Positions 59,530 to 64,000 of a stretch of DNA of 64,000 bases are shown here, in pieces. The notes below the pieces were generated by a model, which saw only the letters and a program-made list of their open reading frames with translations, did no database searches and was not told where the DNA came from. Every line of letters begins with the position of its first letter. The stretch's first letter is position 1. The stretch is taken from the NCBI RefSeq assembly GCF_009914755.1, contig NC_060927.1; one strand, written 5' to 3'. The position numbers and the translations under genes are program-made. The stretch is from the human T2T-CHM13v2.0 reference genome, Homo sapiens.

Positions 59530-60560
59530 ACTTATGCATTGCCTCATACGTTAGTGGGAGTAAAAACTGAAACAGTTCCATAGAGGACAGTGTTCTCAAA
59601 GTTAAAAATTCAAATCCACTTCTAGGAATTTATCTGAGAAATATACTTGTACATGGCTAAAATGATATATGCACAGTATTTTTATTGCAGCTTTGTTTGT
59701 AATAAAAACTTGGAAACATCTTAAATGTCTATCAATATGGGACTACATATAAAGCATGGTATACATATGACATATACATAATATGCATTTACATAAAATA
59801 TTATATTAGCATTAAAAAGAATGAGGAAAATGTATGTACTGATATGGAACAATTAATGCTGTTATATGAAAGAAGCAAGGTGCAGGACAATGTATGTGTT
59901 GTAGCAGCCATGAAAATTTTCCACTCAGATCTTCTGCTGCTGGGAGGATAAATGGTGGATACCCCAACTGTTATGCTCAGAATCCACCACCACATCCACT
60001 GTAAAGCATATCTAAAGTCATAAGCTGCACATAGCCAAGAAATGAGGACAGCACGGATTCTCATCAGACTCATTCCTACGAGACGTAGAAACTCCTGATG
60101 GGCAACTTTGGCCTGACTTTCTTAGAAGTGTACTGCAGTCTGAGATGCTACACATCTAGCCCTCCTTCTTCCCTCCCTTCGTTTTAGAGGATAAACCCAC
60201 ATCACAGTGTGATGCCTCTCCCCACTTCCTCTGGCTTTCTATTCCCTTACCCCTACCCCGAGAATTTCCTCCAGCAAATCTCTTGCATAACTAAACTCAA
60301 CTTGTCATCTACATCTCAGAAGACCTGAACAAATATAATAGTTTTCTACTGTTTATGTAAAAATGTGGAAGAAGAATATACAAAATATGTCCCAAAGTAT
60401 GTAAAATAAACTAGTGTCATTGGTTACCTCCAGGGAGAGGAACTGGTAACTGGGAATCTAAGATGGGATGGGGATTGTCACTATATGGCTTTTTAAACAT
60501 TTGAATTGTGAACCAAATGAATGTGTTCCCCATTAAAATAATTTATAAATTTTTAAGTAA
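59530..60560 (+). mobile_element. L1ME-like fragment interrupted by an LTR16-like LTR (about 59898-60335)
   Basis: ccacttctaggaatttatc, tttattgcagc..tgtttgtaata; LTR end caaatctcttgca..tcagaagacctgaac. Confidence 0.55.
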
Positions 60561-61809
60561 GCAGTTTCTAGGTTGCAAAACAACATGATTCCATCCTTTT
60601 AAAAAAAACTAAAAATTAATCAACACGTTTATAGTATATGAATTGTAAAAGAAGGAAGAATATAGTGAATAATGTTATAATTTTCCTTGCCCGCACATTC
60701 TACATTTTCTAAAAAGAACACATATTTTTATGTAATAATAAGAAAATAATTGTTTTAAAAGTGAACAATAATTCTTTGCAGAATCCTTTGCAGTCATGCT
60801 GGCAATGACCCTACCCAGGTTCTCTCCAAATTAAATATGTTCCCTATTTTGTTATACCAGAGGACCCAGCCTTTCTGTAAGAATCTTCTTCTATTAAAAA
60901 GTGACATTCAACTCACCACATCTCATCCTTAACTTCTGTAGGATTAAGAAGTTTTAACTGACTTAGAAGACCAGTGGGCAAAGCCTACTTATTTCCATGA
61001 ATACTTAATTTAATTCACGAAGGCACTTAACAACAGTGGTAATTACACTGCTAACCACAGTGATGTAGTTACAAAAATAAGAAGACTCATGCTAAACATA
61101 TTAGTATGTCAAACTAAAGATATTAGTTAGTATGCCAAATGTCACTGTGGGTTTGTGCAGGTGTTGCTGGTTGGGAATGCACTGTATGCTCTAAGTGCTT
61201 GTTTATATTTAGGAGTCTGATACGCAATGATCAGTCAGTCATTCCTTTGTCATTTTTTGACATTCTTTGTGGAAGGCACTGGTAATACAAGAATGAATAA
61301 GATACACTGTTGGACCTCATGAGACTCATCTTTGAGATGGAGAGGCAACCAGATATACAAAGCACTCAATTAAAAGAGCTGTTTCTTTAGTCATCTCTTC
61401 AATATTGCATTTCTTGATCTAAAGATCATTTAGCCGTGATTAAATTGTAATAAAAGTAGGATAGGTTAAGGGGATCAAAATATGTTTTTCCCTGGCTTGG
61501 ATATGTAAACTTTTGGTATCTTGTAGGTTTTTACAGCTGTATCAATATTATAAAATATAAGAGAGTTTATGAGGAAAAATATGGCTCTTGGAAAGTGAGT
61601 TTTACAGACATTAAGTATGAACACACAGAAAACATTTTTAAAGCCGTAAAAAAATACATAAATATATGATAACCAAAAAAAAGCTATAGGCAAAACAGTT
61701 TTAAACAACTTCAAAAAAAGAAGCAATTAGGAAAAAATTCTCTCATATTTGAAAGAGAAAATATAGAAAAACATTTTCTCATAGGAGATCTTTTAAAATA
61801 AAAATATTT

Positions 61810-62115
61810 GGTTAGATGCAGTGGCTTAAGCCTGTAAGCCTAGCGCGTTGGGAGGCCAAGGCAGGAGGCTAGCTTGAGGCCAGGAGTTTGAGACCAGCCT
61901 GGGCAACATAGCAAGCCCTCATCTCTACAAAAATTTTTTTTTAAAAAATTAGCTGGGCATCATGGCACACTTCTGCAGTCCTAGCTACTCGGGAGGCTGA
62001 AGTGGGAGAATTGCTTGAGCTCAGAAATTTGAGGCTATAGTGAACTACGATTGCACCATGGCACTCCAGACTGGGCAACAAAGTGAGATCCTGTCTCTTA
62101 AATAATAAGAAGAAA
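61810..62115 (+). mobile_element. Alu (AluJ-like)
   Basis: J diagnostics (gcttgaggccaggagtttgagaccagcctgggcaacatag); degenerate TSD aaaat(a/t)aaa(a/g)tatt. Confidence 0.92.
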
Positions 62116-62360
62116 ACAAAATTAAAGTATTCAATACTTAAAGGCTGTCTTTAATCTCATGAAATCAAAACTGGGTAGAATTTTATTTCTTGACCAGTTT
62201 AAATAAAAAATATAGATAAATTTAGCATTTTTTTTAGCTCTGCCATCCCAAAAGAATAATTTGTGTCAAAAATCATGTCAATTGAAATTGTGATCTGCTT
62301 TTTAAAGTTAAACTGTTACATAACTGTAAAGCATCATCATATCCCAAAGATTAGACTTAC

Positions 62361-62449
62361 ATCCAAACGTCTATATAATTCTGGTATATCAGCAAATAGA
62401 ATGAATAGACATACACCAAGCTGTATTATCAGCACAAGGACAAATATAT
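62361..62449 (-). CDS. ATP13A4: ATP13A4 third-last coding exon (Y-IFVLVLIIQLGVCLFILFADIPELYRRLD)
   Basis: Acceptor tttcctcag, donor GTAAGT, 89 nt, phase-compatible with both neighbours; hydrophobic TM helix. Confidence 0.95.
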
Positions 62450-63556
62450 CTGAGGAAATAAGAACACAAGGTATTATTTTGAGAAATCAGAGTGAAAAAT
62501 GTCACATATATTGACGGATGTATTCTAGATTAACACTGATTTAATTTACTTGATTTCTACATCCAAATACTAGATGGAAAGTATTCATTTCTAAGCAATG
62601 GGTCTCACCTCTTTAATTTCTATGCATGTCCTTGAAGCAAGTGAAAATTTTCACATGCACATTTTAAGTTTCAATTAATAAAAGTAGTAGATATACATAG
62701 GGTAACATTGACAAAATACATGTTCAATAAATGCCTTGAAGACATCCAAGTATCTGAGTCACTTTAATGCAAATTATCTACCTCAAATCATTTTCTGGTA
62801 AAAAGGAAGCCTGTCAATAAACCAATTTTTAAATTGTTATCATATAGAGGTCAGTATTTAGCTGCTTCCTCATCCCAGGAAGAAGAAAAGCTAAATAATT
62901 TTCTCTGAACAAATAAATTTTTATGAAAATATTCATAAAGGAACTCAATTTGGGCTTTGAATTTTTTCAATAAGAAGAGTAGTGATGATATACAAACAAA
63001 TGTCTTGAAGATTAAACAGGTCACTCATTTCTCATCCAAACATACCTTCCTACTCCAGAATGTAAGGAAGTAGGAGGGAGGTACTCTGGCCGAGAGCCTC
63101 CATAACCCTCTCTAGTCAGGTTCCTCCAGGCTGGACCCACTAGCAGCCTGCCACCACACAATGCCACCCTGACTATTGCCTTCATGGCAAGAGACAGGAT
63201 CCACTTGAGTTCTGTTACGCTTCTCTCCACTGTTTCCAGGGTGAATTCTGACAAGTACTGACAAGTAGAGAAATAAATTGGTCTTTTCAATTTGGAGTGA
63301 TCCCAAGAAAGACACCCAGAGGCAAACTTCTGGCGAAGGAAAGGGAGAAAGAAGCCCTAGTATTTAATGTAGCTTTGAAGGAAAGAGCAAAGAACCGTGA
63401 AAATGAGGCTGTACGATGTGTTTTGCAGAGTCCTAGAGTGGAAGTCAAGAGATGCTAGATAAGAATCAACTCTAAAGCTGTTCCCTAAGTGACCTGGACA
63501 TGTCTGTTCCCCTCTCTGATGACTTCTCACCTCTGATGCAGTACAGTTCTACTCAC

Positions 63557-63750
63557 AGTTTGTATAAGTTGGCTGTCTAAATGGTTTTCCTTTAGAGAAC
63601 ACAAGAGCCACAGTGATACAGTTGATTGTTCCCAAGAACCAGACTGTAGTGTTCTCAAAACTTGTGAAGGTGCTATTACTTTCCATTTTTTCTGGAGCAG
63701 TTGGAGACATGGTTAACTCTGAGATGCTTTCATTTTGTACTGTGCAGGCA
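63557..63750 (-). CDS. ATP13A4: ATP13A4 fourth-last coding exon (ACTVQNES...FENTTVWFLGTINCITVALVFSKGKPFRQPTYTN), luminal loop and TM8 region
   Basis: Acceptor ttcccttttag, donor GTGAGT, 194 nt. P5B ENT and SKGKPFR motifs; N-glycosylation sequons NES, NST, NTT. Confidence 0.95.
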
Positions 63751-63881
63751 CTAAAAGGGAAAACCAAAGAAGCTAATGAAGTAAGATTGCAAGGCTTTAT
63801 GGAGCATTTGTATCCAGAAGATTCCATACCAAACAGTGTCCAGAGCAGGCACTCAATGCTTCTACAATTGCCTGTGCTTTG

Positions 63882-63885
<4 letters not shown>

Positions 63886-63925
<40 letters not shown>
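63886..63925. repeat. (AC)20 microsatellite, reads as (UG)n in ATP13A4 pre-mRNA
   Basis: Visible directly, about 135 nt upstream of the 63750 acceptor. Confidence 0.97.
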
Positions 63926-63927
<2 letters not shown>

Positions 63928-64000
63928 AAAAATAGGGGAAAAAATCAACAAGCACAGATAGACCCATATTTTGGATACATTGAGAGAGAGAGAGAGAGAC

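Overview
This is primate DNA, almost certainly human chromosome 3q29. It is not prokaryotic, so there are no operons or CRISPR arrays, and most ORF-track entries are chance or repeat-derived. Two head-to-tail P5B-type ATPase paralogues lie on the minus strand. The first is the 5' end of ATP13A5: coding exons 1-7 at 30104 to 2446, 247 codons, continuing off the left edge. The second is the 3' end of ATP13A4: the last four coding exons at 63750 to 54033 plus a 3' UTR that probably extends to about 50350. I checked all 11 exons by hand for AG/GT boundaries and reading-frame continuity. The rest is intron or intergenic DNA rich in Alu, L1, L2/MIR, MaLR/ERVL LTRs (including a full-length THE1 element) and MER DNA transposons. 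I see no evidence for a wholly new biological system. The most interesting hypotheses are: (1) a cryptic, in-frame, (UG)19-masked splice acceptor upstream of an ATP13A4 exon, resembling TDP-43-repressed cryptic splicing, with frame set by microsatellite length; (2) an apparent L1 3' transduction; (3) an unidentified retroposed mRNA 3'-UTR fragment; (4) a phase-compatible ATP13A4-ATP13A5 read-through fusion; (5) an LTR-derived alternative poly(A) signal. Repeat subfamily names and some boundaries come from visual recognition and are approximate.
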